DNA of 64,000 nucleotides from Thermodesulfobacteriota bacterium (GTDB lineage: Bacteria; Desulfobacterota_D; UBA1144): positions 1-64,000 of the forward strand of contig JAYYZJ010000008.1 in NCBI GenBank assembly GCA_036340075.1. Reading direction: 5' to 3'. Numbering within the stretch: position 1 is the first letter of the stretch; every line of letters starts with the position of its first letter. Position numbers and translations under genes: made by a program. The notes beneath the pieces were generated by a model that was given only the letters and a program-made list of their open reading frames with translations, was not told the DNA's origin and ran no database searches. Below are positions 10,118-23,813 of the stretch, in pieces.

Positions 10118-10912
10118 CTATGGGAAATGGTTTAATGGGCCGCTCCCAGCACCAATATCCAGCGATTTTTTTATAGCCTTAGTTACAAATTTTTTACTTT
10201 CATCTGTAGCTTTAATTAAATCCATCCCTTTAGCTATATTACCAGATATAGCAGCAGATAATGTACATCCAGTTCCATGTGTATTAACTGTTGTATATCT
10301 TTTCGATTCAAATCTATAAATTTTTCTCTTATAAAACAAATAATCGATGGATTTTTTAGGATTTTCAATATGGCCACCTTTTAACAATATATTCTTCGCA
10401 CCAAGTCTGCTAAGCTTAATACAACATTCCTTTATATCTTCTTCATCCCTAATCCTTTTCATTTGTGTTAATTTTAAAGCTTCTTCAAGATTAGGAGTAA
10501 GGAGATAGGCAAGCGGTACGATTTTCTCTTTAAAGGATTTTATTGCACTTGGTTTCAACAGATTGTCGCCAGATTTAGATATCATTACTGGGTCAATTAT
10601 TATGGGTCTTTTTCTTAAAGATTTGAGAGATTGCCTAACAGCTAGCATTATTTCTTTGTCGTACAACATTCCTAGCTTAATAGCAGAAATATTAAAATCT
10701 TTTCTTACAGATTCAATTTGTGCACTAATTATAGATCCTGGAATTTTTATTATTCTGTTTACTTCAACTGTGTTCTGCGCTGTTACACAAGTAATGGCAG
10801 TGGTAGCGAAAACTTTCATTGTATTTAATGTTTTAATATCTGCTTGAACTCCTGCTCCTCCTGAGGAGTCAGAACCAGCTATACTTAAAACTATAGGAAT
10901 ATTTTTTTTCAT
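10118..10912 (-). CDS. thiD: Hydroxymethylpyrimidine/phosphomethylpyrimidine kinase
   Basis: SIAGSDSSGGAGVQADIKT, LLKGGH, THGTGCTLSAAI. Confidence 0.96.
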   Translation of the reverse strand: MKKNIPIVLSIAGSDSSGGAGVQADIKTLNTMKVFATTAITCVTAQNTVEVNRIIKIPGSIISAQIESVRKDFNISAIKLGMLYDKEIMLAVRQSLKSLRKRPIIIDPVMISKSGDNLLKPSAIKSFKEKIVPLAYLLTPNLEEALKLTQMKRIRDEEDIKECCIKLSRLGAKNILLKGGHIENPKKSIDYLFYKRKIYRFESKRYTTVNTHGTGCTLSAAISGNIAKGMDLIKATDESKKFVTKAIKKSLDIGAGSGPLNHFP

Positions 10913-10946
10913 TCTAAAAATATTATTTTAATGTAATTTTAAATAT

Positions 10947-11546
10947 ATGAAAATATATGAACCATATGTTGAAGAAAGATTTGAAGATTTAGAGGTTTGT
11001 ATAAATTTAGGGAATTCTGCTGAGGCAGTTAGGATTTTCCTTAATAAAGGTACAGCTTTCGGATCGAACCATTCTACTACTCAATTATCAGCAAAAGCTA
11101 TAACCCACCTTGCTAATAATAATCTTGATTCCGCCTTAGATATAGGATGTGGTTCAGGGATTTTAACAATTTTACTATTAAAGCTTGGATATAAAATAGT
11201 TAAATCAGTTGATATAGATCCTTTTGTGATTGATGAAGCAAAAAGAAATATAATGTCTAATTTTGAAGAATTTCCAAGAAATCTAACTTTATCTGTTGAT
11301 GAAATTGGCCAAATTAACCAAAAATTTGATCTTGTTGTTGCGAATATCTCAAGAAATTTTGTATATAATAATTTTAAAGTTATAACTTCACTTCTAAGAG
11401 GAAAAGGTTATTTGATTATCTCAGGATTTAATTCTGATGATAAGGATAAATATTTAAGTATAGCAAGTAAAAATGATATGGATTTAGTCTGCGAGTTTAA
11501 AGAAAAGCCTTGGATTTCCTTGGTTTTTAGAAAATTATCATTTTGA
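10947..11546 (+). CDS. prmA: PrmA-like SAM-dependent methyltransferase (N-terminally short)
   Basis: GTAFGSNHSTT, LDIGCGSGIL, VDIDP, FDLVVANI, GYLIISG; only 199 aa. Confidence 0.7.
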   Translation: MKIYEPYVEERFEDLEVCINLGNSAEAVRIFLNKGTAFGSNHSTTQLSAKAITHLANNNLDSALDIGCGSGILTILLLKLGYKIVKSVDIDPFVIDEAKRNIMSNFEEFPRNLTLSVDEIGQINQKFDLVVANISRNFVYNNFKVITSLLRGKGYLIISGFNSDDKDKYLSIASKNDMDLVCEFKEKPWISLVFRKLSF

Positions 11547-11570
11547 TACTTCCTAAGCAAAATATATAAT
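11543..11570 (+). promoter_or_regulatory. Sigma70-type promoter upstream of gltB
   Basis: TTGATA (11543-48), 16-nt spacer, TATAAT (11565-70). Confidence 0.55.
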
Positions 11571-11586
11571 ACCTTTTACCCTAAAT

Positions 11587-14500
11587 TTGGTAATTATGAT
11601 GAGAAATAATCATTTATTATATGAAAAGCAATTTGAGCATGATGCATGTGGCGTTGGATTTGTTGCTGATATAGAAGGAAAAAGAACTAATAGGGTTCTA
11701 ACGAAAGCCATAGAAGGAGTAATTAATTTAACTCATAGAGGAGCTATTGGCGGGGACCAGAAAACCGGAGATGGAGCAGGTATCCTAACACAGCTTCCCT
11801 TAGAGCTCTTTAACGACATACTTGCGTCTCAAAATATAAAAAATATTAAACTAGGAAATCTAGGAGTCGGCATGTTTTTTTTGCCGTCCAAAGCCGCGGT
11901 TAATCATGATTCAGCTATTAAAATAATTGAAGGTGTCATAGTACAAGAAGGTGCAAAATTATTATTAACTAGGAACGTACCTGTAAACCCTTCTGTTTTA
12001 GGAGAAAAAGCACTAAATACTTTACCAGAGGTTTATCAATTTTTTGTAACTCCAAGCAAGTACCTGAGTCAAGAAAAATTTGAAAGACTACTTTTTAAGA
12101 TAAGAAAAAGAATCGATTTTGATGCTGCAAAAAGTCAAATCGAAGATATATATTGTTGTTCATTTTCTTCGAGGACAATATGTTACAAAGGAATGCTGGT
12201 GCCGCGCCAATTAGATCAGTTTTATCTTGATTTAATGGATCCGAACTATAAAACAAATCTAGCAGTATTTCATTCTAGGTACAGTACGAATACATTCCCT
12301 GATTGGAAATTGGCGCATCCTTATAGATGTATTGGACATAATGGAGAAATTAATACTCTTATGGGCAACAAAAATTGGATGAAAGCCAGAGAAAACTCAT
12401 CAAAATCTAAAATTTGGAGAAAGGAAATAGACAAAATAAAACCTTTTATATCTCCTGAAGGAAGTGACTCGGCAGATTTGGATAATGCCTTAGAATTGCT
12501 AACTTTATCAGGCAGAAATATATTGGAATCTATTTGCATGCTGGTGCCAGAAGCTTACGAAAAAGATCCAGATATAAGTGAGGAACTAAGAGCATTTTAC
12601 GACTATAGTTCTTGTATTGTTGAGCCATGGGATGGCCCTGCTGCCGTAGTATTTACAGATGGAAGATATGTAGGAGCCGCACTTGATAGAAATGGATTAA
12701 GACCGATTCGATATAGTATTACAGACGATAATTTAATTATTTTGGGATCAGAGGTTGGTATAGTTGATATTCCAGCAAGAAATATAATCAGATCAGGACG
12801 TGTTGCACCAGGAAAAATTCTAGCGGTAGACACTAAAGAAAAAATCCTTATGTTTAATAATGAAATTAAAGAAAATATTTCAAACTCAGCAAATTATAAA
12901 GATTGGAAATCCAAAAGTTTTCATAAAGCCTCAGAAATTTTAAATGCTAATCAACTAGACAATAATGATTTAGATTTTAGTGAAGACGATTTGCTAACTT
13001 ATCAAAAGGCTTTTGGTTACACGTTGGAAGATATGGAACGATTAATAGAGCCCATGAGCTTAACTGGAAAAGAGCCTATGGGTTCAATGGGTGACGATAC
13101 TCCAATATCAGCACTTTCATCAAAGCCTAAATCAGTTTTTTCTTATTTTAAACAAAGATTTGCACAAGTAACAAATCCACCAATTGACCCTTATAGAGAA
13201 GAGAGTGTAATGTCGCTAAGAGTTTTAGTTGGTGATAAATCAAATTTTCTTGATTCTATTAGTCCAAAGAGCGAATTCTTTTATTTTGACTCACCGGTAA
13301 TAACAAATGAAGAATTAAGCTGGATTAAAAAATTCAAATCAAAGAACTTTAAATTATCAGTTATAGAAACCTTGTTCTCTCCTGATAGTAAGAGCAACCT
13401 AAAAAATACTTTAGAGAAGATTGTAAGTAAATCTATGAAAGATGTTGAAAATGGAGCAAAAATTCTTTTGCTTTCAGATAAGAACATATCAAAGAAGAAA
13501 GCCCCAATACCCATGCTACTTGCAGTAAGCGCGATACATCATGAACTTATTTCTCAAGGAAAAAGAATGGGAGTATCTATAATTGTAGAATCAGGAGAAG
13601 TTAGAGAAGATCATCAGATTTGTTGCCTGCTTGGGTATGGAGCTTCATGTGTCAATCCTTATCTTGGATTTGCAAGTGTTAGAGACTGGATGAAAAAATT
13701 TGATGATAATTTAGAAGTTTATTTATCTAATTATAAATTAGCTCTCGAAAGAGGAATACTTAAAGTTATGTCTAAAATGGGTATTAGCACAGTAGCTAGT
13801 TATACTGGATCACAGATTTTTGAAATAGTGGGAATCGATTCAGAGACTACACAGGCTTATTTTCCTGGAACAATAAGTAGAATCGAAGGAGTTTCTATAG
13901 AGCACTTTGAATCTGACACACTAGCTTTTCATTCAAATGCTTTTGAAGCTAATCAAGCAAGTCAACTTAAGGAAGAAGGAATATATCGCTTTAGGAAAGA
14001 TGGAGAGTACCATTATTTTAATCCATTAATCTTTAAAGGAATAAGAAAGCTTTCTAAGACAGGATCTTTTGAAGATTATAAGAATTTTGTTTCACTTCAT
14101 GAAGAAAGACCACCCTCAATGATTAGAGATTTATTTGAATTTAATTCTTTAGGTGAAATACCAATTGATGAAGTTGAAGATGTAGAAGAAATATTTAAAA
14201 GATTTAGAACAGGGGCAATGTCCCATGGAGCTTTAAGCTCAGAAGCACATGAAGCTGTTGCTATAGCGGTTAACAGGATTGGTGGAAAGAGTAACAGTGG
14301 AGAAGGTGGTGAAAACTCGAAAAGATTCAAAGAAGATGAAGATGGTAATTTGAGAAATAGCGCAATCAAGCAAGTTGCGTCAGGAAGATTTGGTGTAACG
14401 CCAGAATATTTAGCATCTGCTGAGATGATAGAAATTAAAATGGCTCAAGGAGCAAAACCAGGAGAAGGTGGGCAAATTCCAGGACCAAAAGTTAGTGAAG

Positions 14501-16104
14501 AAATAGCTTCTCAGAGATTTTCAGTTCCAGGAGTTGGTTTAATCTCACCACCACCACATCATGATATATATAGCATAGAAGACTTGGCTCAATTAATTTA
14601 TGATTTGAAACATGCAAATACATCTGCCCGTATAAGCGTAAAACTAGTTTCTGAAATAGGGGTTGGAACTGTAGCCGCTGGTGTAGCAAAAGGCTATGCG
14701 GATAACATACAAATAAGTGGAAGCGAAGGAGGGACAGGAGCATCTCCTTTAGGGTCAATTAAAAATGCAGGAATACCTTGGGAAATGGGTTTAGCAGAAA
14801 CTCAACAAGTTTTAGTTATAAATGATTTACGAGGCAGAGTTAGCTTGACAGTAGATGGTGGCTTCCAAAGAGGTTTTGATGTTGTTGTTGCCGCAATTTT
14901 AGGAGCAGATGCATTTGGATTTGGCACTTCGGTATTAGTTGCATTAGGATGTGTGATGGCACGACAGTGCCATTTGAACACATGTCCAGTTGGAATAGCA
15001 TCTCAAAAGCCAGAATTAAGAGAAAAATTCCCAGGTGTGCCGGAAGAAGCCGTTAACTATTTTTATGCAATTGCATCTGACATAAGAGAAATTCTTTCAA
15101 AAATTGGAGCAAAATCACTTGATGATATTATTGGAAGAACTGAGTTATTAAAAGTTAAATCAAATATAGATTTTAATAAAACGAGTAATATAGATTTGTC
15201 GAAATTGATATCGGATCCAGACCCATCTAACAGAAAACCTAGAAAACAAATTCTGAAAAAAAATGACAGAAATGAACAGCCAATAGATTATAAAATATTA
15301 GAAAAAATCAAATCGAGTATTAACGAAAAGAAAAAAAATTCACTTGATATTCCGATACGTAACACAGATAGGACTGTAGGAGCAATAATATCTAGTGAAA
15401 TAGTTAAAAAACATGGAAACGCTGGACTAGTAGATGATACTGTTGTCATTAATTTAAGAGGAATTGCAGGTCAGAGTTTTGGAGGATATTTAGTCAACGG
15501 CGTATCCCTAGTTCTGGAAGGAGAGGCTAACGATTATGTAGGAAAATCCATGCATGGAGGTAAAGTTATTATTTTCCCTGATCGAGATTCCAGCTATTTA
15601 GCAGAAGGAAATTCTATAGTTGGTAATACCGTTTTATATGGAGCAACAGGCGGAAACTTCTATGCTGCAGGTTGCGCCGGTGAAAGATTTTGTGTTAGAA
15701 ATAGTGGTGTGGTTGCAATAATTGAAGGGGTTGGAGATCATGCATGTGAATATATGACAGGAGGAGAAGTGTACATATTAGGACCGATAGGAAAAAACTT
15801 AGGTGCAGGTATGTCAGGTGGAATTGCTTACATATTAAATGAAAATGAAGATATTAATCATCAAATTAATCATGAAATGGTTTCATTAGAAGAAATTACA
15901 GCCAAAGATATAGAAAAAATTAAATCAAATTTAAGTAACCATATAAAATTAACCCATAGCGATAAAGCAAAAAAGATTCTAGAAAACTTTAAAAAATTTG
16001 AATCAAAATTTATAAAAGTTGTACCAAAAGAAATCTCAAAATTGTTAAAATCTAAAGGTATAGATATCGATGATTTTGATTTTGTTAACCCAAAACTTAA
16101 CTAA
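11587..16104 (+). CDS. gltB: Glutamate synthase large subunit
   Basis: HDACGVGF, HNGEINT, EPWDGPA, QGAKPGEGGQ, CVMARQCHLNTCPVG 3Fe-4S motif, GXGXG domain. The start may be ATG at ~11596. Confidence 0.97.
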   Translation: MVIMMRNNHLLYEKQFEHDACGVGFVADIEGKRTNRVLTKAIEGVINLTHRGAIGGDQKTGDGAGILTQLPLELFNDILASQNIKNIKLGNLGVGMFFLPSKAAVNHDSAIKIIEGVIVQEGAKLLLTRNVPVNPSVLGEKALNTLPEVYQFFVTPSKYLSQEKFERLLFKIRKRIDFDAAKSQIEDIYCCSFSSRTICYKGMLVPRQLDQFYLDLMDPNYKTNLAVFHSRYSTNTFPDWKLAHPYRCIGHNGEINTLMGNKNWMKARENSSKSKIWRKEIDKIKPFISPEGSDSADLDNALELLTLSGRNILESICMLVPEAYEKDPDISEELRAFYDYSSCIVEPWDGPAAVVFTDGRYVGAALDRNGLRPIRYSITDDNLIILGSEVGIVDIPARNIIRSGRVAPGKILAVDTKEKILMFNNEIKENISNSANYKDWKSKSFHKASEILNANQLDNNDLDFSEDDLLTYQKAFGYTLEDMERLIEPMSLTGKEPMGSMGDDTPISALSSKPKSVFSYFKQRFAQVTNPPIDPYREESVMSLRVLVGDKSNFLDSISPKSEFFYFDSPVITNEELSWIKKFKSKNFKLSVIETLFSPDSKSNLKNTLEKIVSKSMKDVENGAKILLLSDKNISKKKAPIPMLLAVSAIHHELISQGKRMGVSIIVESGEVREDHQICCLLGYGASCVNPYLGFASVRDWMKKFDDNLEVYLSNYKLALERGILKVMSKMGISTVASYTGSQIFEIVGIDSETTQAYFPGTISRIEGVSIEHFESDTLAFHSNAFEANQASQLKEEGIYRFRKDGEYHYFNPLIFKGIRKLSKTGSFEDYKNFVSLHEERPPSMIRDLFEFNSLGEIPIDEVEDVEEIFKRFRTGAMSHGALSSEAHEAVAIAVNRIGGKSNSGEGGENSKRFKEDEDGNLRNSAIKQVASGRFGVTPEYLASAEMIEIKMAQGAKPGEGGQIPGPKVSEEIASQRFSVPGVGLISPPPHHDIYSIEDLAQLIYDLKHANTSARISVKLVSEIGVGTVAAGVAKGYADNIQISGSEGGTGASPLGSIKNAGIPWEMGLAETQQVLVINDLRGRVSLTVDGGFQRGFDVVVAAILGADAFGFGTSVLVALGCVMARQCHLNTCPVGIASQKPELREKFPGVPEEAVNYFYAIASDIREILSKIGAKSLDDIIGRTELLKVKSNIDFNKTSNIDLSKLISDPDPSNRKPRKQILKKNDRNEQPIDYKILEKIKSSINEKKKNSLDIPIRNTDRTVGAIISSEIVKKHGNAGLVDDTVVINLRGIAGQSFGGYLVNGVSLVLEGEANDYVGKSMHGGKVIIFPDRDSSYLAEGNSIVGNTVLYGATGGNFYAAGCAGERFCVRNSGVVAIIEGVGDHACEYMTGGEVYILGPIGKNLGAGMSGGIAYILNENEDINHQINHEMVSLEEITAKDIEKIKSNLSNHIKLTHSDKAKKILENFKKFESKFIKVVPKEISKLLKSKGIDIDDFDFVNPKLN

Positions 16105-17101
16105 TTGTTTTTGTTTTTCTCATAGTGCTGAAAGTAAGAAAATCAAGAGGGGTGGTTTTTTCGGACTGTAATGTTTTTTGAAGACCTCTCATAGCAATCA
16201 TAGCCCCATTATCTGTACAGTAGACTTTTGAGGGAAAAATTATTTTAAAATTATTCAATTCTGATTCGGCAACATCGCGGAGTCTTGAGTTGCAAGCTAC
16301 TCCACCACAAAACAAAAGACTTTTTGGTTTATATTTCAAAGAAGCTTTTTTTACTTTATCAATTAAGGTTTTTACTATTGCTTCTTGATAAGATGATGCT
16401 ATGTGATTAATATTCTCCTTCCAATTTTGATTTTTTTCTAAGTAATATTTTAATGATGTCTTTAATCCACTGAAACTAAAATCCAAAGAATCTCCTAGTC
16501 CAGATACAGGGAAAACGTGAAAGTCTCTTTTTGAATTTTTAGAGATTTCATCAATTTTAATTCCACCTGGATAACCTAATCCAAGTAATTTTGCGCCTTT
16601 ATCAAAAGCTTCGCCAGCAGCGTCATCCAGAGTTGATGAAATCTCCTTAAAGTTAAATTCATTTTCTAAATAATATATATTTGTATGTCCTCCGGATACA
16701 ACTAAACATAGTGCTGGCATCTCTATGTTATTTTCAATAAAGCAAGATGCGATATGACCTTCTAAATGATTTATAGGCATAATCTCTTTGTTGCTGATCA
16801 AGCTAAGACTTTTTGCAGTTGAAACCCCCACCATTAAGCAGCTTAGAAGTCCAGGACCATTAGTTACACAGATTTTATCAATTTCATAGATTGTTTTTTG
16901 AGCAGTTTCTAGTGAATGATTAATTACAGGGATGATTTTCTCTAAATGATTTTTTGATGCAATCTCTGGAACAACTCCACCAAATTTTTCATGAATTTCT
17001 GCTTGACTATAAAGTACGTTAGACAATACTTTGCTTTTCTCGTCCAAAATGGCGACTCCTGTTTCATCACAAGATGTTTCTATTCCCATAAAATATTTCA
17101 T
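16097..17101 (-). CDS. tsaD: tRNA N6-adenosine threonylcarbamoyltransferase
   Basis: GIETSCDET, GGVVPEIAS, HLEGH, VSGGHT, DDAAGEAFDK, TDNGAMIA. Confidence 0.97.
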   Translation of the reverse strand: MKYFMGIETSCDETGVAILDEKSKVLSNVLYSQAEIHEKFGGVVPEIASKNHLEKIIPVINHSLETAQKTIYEIDKICVTNGPGLLSCLMVGVSTAKSLSLISNKEIMPINHLEGHIASCFIENNIEMPALCLVVSGGHTNIYYLENEFNFKEISSTLDDAAGEAFDKGAKLLGLGYPGGIKIDEISKNSKRDFHVFPVSGLGDSLDFSFSGLKTSLKYYLEKNQNWKENINHIASSYQEAIVKTLIDKVKKASLKYKPKSLLFCGGVACNSRLRDVAESELNNFKIIFPSKVYCTDNGAMIAMRGLQKTLQSEKTTPLDFLTFSTMRKTKTIS

Positions 17102-17117
17102 AGATTTATATGTTTAA

Positions 17118-19046
<1,929 letters not shown>

Positions 19047-19061
19047 ATTTAATTTAGAATT

Positions 19062-22000
19062 ATGCCTAAGAGAACAGATATTGAATCAATATTAGTTATA
19101 GGCTCTGGTCCTATAGTGATTGGACAAGCTTGTGAATTTGATTATTCAGGAACTCAAGCATGTAAGGCCTTAAAGGAAGAAGGCTATAAGGTTGTATTGA
19201 TTAATAGTAATCCCGCAACCATTATGACTGATCCTGATTTTGCTGATAGAACTTATGTGGAACCTATTAATGCAGAAATTGTAGAAAAAATAATTAAACA
19301 AGAAAAACCTGATGCAATACTTCCAACAATTGGGGGACAGACAGCTCTTAATATAGCTATGGAGCTAGATTCAAGAGGTGTACTTGATAAGTATAATGTT
19401 GAACTGATTGGAGCGAAAGTTGAAGCAATAGAGAAAGCTGAGAAAAGAGAAAATTTTAAAAAAGCAATTGAATCAATAGGCCTTAGAGTGCCTAATAGTA
19501 TTGTTGTAAACAATGTTAAAGATGGACTAGATTCAATTAGCAAAATAGGATTTCCAGCCATCATCCGTCCTTCTTTTACTCTTGGCGGGACGGGTGGATT
19601 TATTGCTTATTCAGATGAAAATTTAGAGATTCTTATGAAAAATGCATTAGATTCCAGCCCCATCTCAGAGGTTCAGATAGATGAATCAATAATTGGATGG
19701 AAAGAGTTTGAGTTGGAAGTTGTGAGAGATTCAAAAGATAACGTAGTAATAATTTGCTCAATAGAAAATTTTGACCCTATGGGAATTCATACAGGGGATA
19801 GTATTACCGTTGCACCTTCTCAAACATTAAGCGACAAGCAATATCAATTATTGAGAGATTATTCAATAGATATTATAAGAGAAATAGGTGTAGATACTGG
19901 AGGATCCAATATCCAATTTGGAATTAATCCTAAAAATGGAGAAATTGTTGTCATTGAAATGAATCCAAGAGTGTCTAGGAGTTCAGCTTTAGCTTCGAAA
20001 GCAACAGGTTATCCAATAGCTAAAATTGCTGCCAAACTCGCAGTTGGCTATACATTAGATGAATTACCAAATGATATCACTTTAGATACACCAGCTTCTT
20101 TTGAGCCAACTTTGGACTACGTAGTGGTCAAAATACCAAGATTTACTTTTGAAAAATTTCCACAAACAAAACCAGAGTTGGGAACACAAATGAAATCGGT
20201 GGGAGAAGTAATGTCCATCGGAAGTACTTTTAAAGAATCACTTGGTAAAGCTATGAGGTCACTAGAGATTGAGAATCTTGGTTTTGATTTATACGACAAA
20301 GACAAAGAAGAAATTATCAGAATTTTAAAATCTAACAATCCAAAGAAGCTTTGGTATTTAGCTAATGCAATTAGAATAGGAGTAAGCGTTGAAGAGATAT
20401 ATAAATTAACAAAAATAGATAAATGGTTTTTAAATAATATAAAAGAAATAATTGATTTAGAGTCTTTAATCAAAAAAGAGTGCAAGAAATCACTCGATAA
20501 AGATTCTATCACAACAGCAAAGAAGAATGGACTCTCTGATTCTATTATCTCAGATTTGTTGGAAAAAGAAGAAAAAGAAATAAGAGAGTTTAGAATAGCA
20601 AACAATATTGTTCCATCTTATAAAATGGTAGATACCTGCGCAGCGGAATTCGAGGCATATACCCCATACTTGTATTCAACATATCAATCAGAAGATGAAT
20701 CTAATCCACAAAACAAGAAAAAGATTGCAATATTAGGCGGAGGCCCTAATAGGATAGGTCAGGGGATTGAATTTGATTATTGCTGTGTTCATGCGTCTTT
20801 CGCATTAAAAGATGATGGATATCAAACCCTAATGATAAATTGTAATCCCGAGACAGTTAGCACCGATTATGACATTTCAGACAAACTTTATTTTGAGCCA
20901 CTAACAGCCGAAGATACTATTTCAATAATAAACAAAGAAAAACCAGATGGAACAATAGTACATTTTGGAGGCCAAACACCACTAAAGCTAGCCCTTGATC
21001 TTGAAGAAGCAGGTGCAAAAATAATTGGAACTTCAGCAGATAGTATTGATTTAGCTGAAGATAGAGAAAGATTTAAAAACTTAATGGAAGAATTAAAGAT
21101 ACGCCAGCCCGATTCAGGTATTGGAAAATCTACCGACGAAGTACTCAAAATATCTTCTAATATTGGCTATCCAATTATTGTTCGACCTTCCTATGTACTA
21201 GGTGGAAGGGCAATGGAAATAGTATATTCTGAAGATGACTTAATTAAGTATCTAGAAAAAGCGGTTAGTGTTTCTAATAAAAAACCAGTCTTGATAGACA
21301 AATTTCTAAATGACGCGAAAGAAGTTGATGTTGATGCAATTTCTGATGGGAAAGATGTTGTAATTTGCGGGATACTTGAACATATAGAAGAAGCTGGTGT
21401 ACATTCAGGGGACAGTACGATGGTGCTACCTCCTTATTCACTTAGCCAATCTGTCATAGATGAAATTATAGAAAAATCAAAAAAAATAGCTCTTAGTTTA
21501 GGAGTAAGGGGTTTAATGAATATTCAATATGCTATAAAGGAAAATAATATATTCATAATAGAGGTTAATCCTAGAGCTAGTAGAACAGTGCCATTTATTA
21601 GCAAAGCTATTGGTATACCTATTGCAAAAATTGCTTCTAAAGTGATGGCCGGAAAGAATTTAGCCGAACTAGATTTTACTAAGGAAGTAACTATTAATCA
21701 TTTTGCAGTTAAAGAGTCTGTCTTCCCATTTATTAAATTCCCCGATGTTGATACTCTGCTTGGTCCAGAAATGAAATCGACTGGTGAAGTGATGGGGCTA
21801 GATGATAATCTAGCTGCGGCATTCGCTAAAGCTCAGATTGCTGCTGGTAACAATTTACCGATTAAAGGAAACGCTTTCGTAAGCGTAAAAGATGAAGATA
21901 AGCCAAAAATAATAGATTTGTGCAAAAGATTAATTAATCTTGATTTTAAGATTATATCAACAAAAGGTACTCATGAATTTTTAATTAAAAATTCAATTCA

Positions 22001-22256
22001 TTCAGAAATAATTAATAAAGTAAAAGAAGGTAGCCCAAATATTGTGGATTTAATACTTGATAAGAAAATTGACATAGTCATGAATACTACTTTAACAAAA
22101 AAAGAAATTACAGAGTCTTTCTCTATAAGGAGAACAGCTTTAACTAGACAGGTTCCTTACTTTACTACTGTAGCTGGAGCCTTTGCAGCAGTAGAAGCAA
22201 TTGCATATTTAAGAAACGATTCAATCAAGGTTAAACCACTTCAAGAATATTTTTAA
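19062..22256 (+). CDS. carB: Carbamoyl-phosphate synthase large subunit
   Basis: [24 protein letters not shown], duplicated ATP-grasp domains, MGS domain. Confidence 0.98.
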   Translation: MPKRTDIESILVIGSGPIVIGQACEFDYSGTQACKALKEEGYKVVLINSNPATIMTDPDFADRTYVEPINAEIVEKIIKQEKPDAILPTIGGQTALNIAMELDSRGVLDKYNVELIGAKVEAIEKAEKRENFKKAIESIGLRVPNSIVVNNVKDGLDSISKIGFPAIIRPSFTLGGTGGFIAYSDENLEILMKNALDSSPISEVQIDESIIGWKEFELEVVRDSKDNVVIICSIENFDPMGIHTGDSITVAPSQTLSDKQYQLLRDYSIDIIREIGVDTGGSNIQFGINPKNGEIVVIEMNPRVSRSSALASKATGYPIAKIAAKLAVGYTLDELPNDITLDTPASFEPTLDYVVVKIPRFTFEKFPQTKPELGTQMKSVGEVMSIGSTFKESLGKAMRSLEIENLGFDLYDKDKEEIIRILKSNNPKKLWYLANAIRIGVSVEEIYKLTKIDKWFLNNIKEIIDLESLIKKECKKSLDKDSITTAKKNGLSDSIISDLLEKEEKEIREFRIANNIVPSYKMVDTCAAEFEAYTPYLYSTYQSEDESNPQNKKKIAILGGGPNRIGQGIEFDYCCVHASFALKDDGYQTLMINCNPETVSTDYDISDKLYFEPLTAEDTISIINKEKPDGTIVHFGGQTPLKLALDLEEAGAKIIGTSADSIDLAEDRERFKNLMEELKIRQPDSGIGKSTDEVLKISSNIGYPIIVRPSYVLGGRAMEIVYSEDDLIKYLEKAVSVSNKKPVLIDKFLNDAKEVDVDAISDGKDVVICGILEHIEEAGVHSGDSTMVLPPYSLSQSVIDEIIEKSKKIALSLGVRGLMNIQYAIKENNIFIIEVNPRASRTVPFISKAIGIPIAKIASKVMAGKNLAELDFTKEVTINHFAVKESVFPFIKFPDVDTLLGPEMKSTGEVMGLDDNLAAAFAKAQIAAGNNLPIKGNAFVSVKDEDKPKIIDLCKRLINLDFKIISTKGTHEFLIKNSIHSEIINKVKEGSPNIVDLILDKKIDIVMNTTLTKKEITESFSIRRTALTRQVPYFTTVAGAFAAVEAIAYLRNDSIKVKPLQEYF

Positions 22257-22271
22257 AAGGTATAATTAATT

Positions 22272-22742
22272 ATGGATCAACTACCAATTACACCCAAGGG
22301 TTTTGAAATGCTACAGGCAGAATTAAAGCGTTTAAAAAACGAAGAGAGACCCAAGATTATCAAAATGATTGAATTTGCTAGATCGCTTGGAGATTTATCT
22401 GAGAATGCTGAATATGAAACTGCAAAAGACAGACAAGCTTTTAATGACAAGAGGATATCCGAATTAGAAAGTAAACTTTCTTCCTCTATTGTAATTGATC
22501 CATCAAAGATAAAAGATAAGTCAAAGGTGATTTTCGGGCTTTCCTTTGAAATTGAAGACTTAGATTCAGGAGATAAAAAAACTTTTCAGATTTTAGGTCC
22601 TGAAGAATCAAATCCAGACAATGGATCAATATCTATCGAGTCTCCTTTAGGTATGGCAATGTTGGGGAAAGAAGAAGGAGATGAATTTACAGTAAGGACA
22701 CCTGCTGGACCTAAAGAATATGTTCTTAATAAGATTTTTTAA
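22272..22742 (+). CDS. greA: Transcription elongation factor GreA
   Basis: GDLSENAEY, ISIESPLGMAMLGK. Confidence 0.96.
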   Translation: MDQLPITPKGFEMLQAELKRLKNEERPKIIKMIEFARSLGDLSENAEYETAKDRQAFNDKRISELESKLSSSIVIDPSKIKDKSKVIFGLSFEIEDLDSGDKKTFQILGPEESNPDNGSISIESPLGMAMLGKEEGDEFTVRTPAGPKEYVLNKIF

Positions 22743-23203
22743 TGAAAAATTTTATTATAATTTTTATCCTAGTCTCAATAGATCAACTTACAAAATTTTA
22801 CATTTCTACGAATTTCATTCTGGGTGAAAGTTTTTATATTACAGAATACTTGAATTTGATTTACATTATTAATAGTGGTCTAATTCTCGGAATTTTCTCT
22901 TCCATAAATTCAGAACTCATGTTTTTTATTCATTTCTTTTTATTTTTCCTGGCTTTATTAGTTATATATAAATTTTTATATTCAAATAGTGAATTTAGAA
23001 ACATATCTCTACTGTTTTATTCCGGCGCTGTTGGCAATACAATTGATAGAATTTTCAAAGATGGAGTAATAGATTTTATTGATTTCCACTATTCAGAAAT
23101 CCATTGGCCCGCATTTAATTTTGCAGACCTCTTCATTTCACTTGGTATTATATTAATGTTGTATAAAATTTTTAAAGGACAAGACAACAGAGTTGTGTCT
23201 TAA
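22742..23203 (+). CDS. lspA: Lipoprotein signal peptidase II
   Basis: DQLTK, GAVGNTIDR, VIDFI, WPAFNFAD. Confidence 0.93.
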   Translation: MKNFIIIFILVSIDQLTKFYISTNFILGESFYITEYLNLIYIINSGLILGIFSSINSELMFFIHFFLFFLALLVIYKFLYSNSEFRNISLLFYSGAVGNTIDRIFKDGVIDFIDFHYSEIHWPAFNFADLFISLGIILMLYKIFKGQDNRVVS

Positions 23204-23213
23204 AGGTGGAGTT

Positions 23214-23813
23214 TTGTTTACAGGTATAATCGAAGAAAAGGGAAAAGTTTTAGGGATTAAGAAGCTTAAAAGTGGAGAATATGTTTTATCTATTGGATGC
23301 AAAAAGATTAATCCATCAACTTTATCAATTGGTGATTCAATTGCGATTAATGGAATTTGTCTTACGGTAACAAGCAAGAAAAAAACTTTGTTTCAAACTC
23401 TGGCTTCCAAAGAGACTTTATCAAAAACTAATCTAAAAGAAAAAAATATTAAATCTTTAGTTAATTTAGAAAGAGCTATGAAGGTTAATTCACGGTTTGG
23501 TGGACATATAGTAAGTGGACACATTGATTCGACAGGATTAATTAAAAAAATTGAAAAACAAGGAAAATCTATTAGATACTGGTTCTCGATTCAGAAGAAA
23601 TATAAAAAATATATAATAGAGAAGGGATCAGTAGCAATAGACGGTATAAGCCTAACAATTAATGATATAAAAGATAATTTATTTTCAGTAAACATAATCC
23701 CACATACTTTCGAAGAAACTAATTCTTCAGAATGGAAGAAAAATGATTTGGTTAACATAGAATATGATATGATTCCGAAGTATATTGAGAAACTAATTAA
23801 TCATGAAAACTAA
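23214..23813 (+). CDS. ribE: Riboflavin synthase (alpha chain)
   Basis: TTG start at 23214 after GGTGGAG gives the invariant (M)FTGII N-terminus; GDSIAINGICLTV, VNLERA, GGHIVSGHID. Confidence 0.95.
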   Translation: MFTGIIEEKGKVLGIKKLKSGEYVLSIGCKKINPSTLSIGDSIAINGICLTVTSKKKTLFQTLASKETLSKTNLKEKNIKSLVNLERAMKVNSRFGGHIVSGHIDSTGLIKKIEKQGKSIRYWFSIQKKYKKYIIEKGSVAIDGISLTINDIKDNLFSVNIIPHTFEETNSSEWKKNDLVNIEYDMIPKYIEKLINHEN

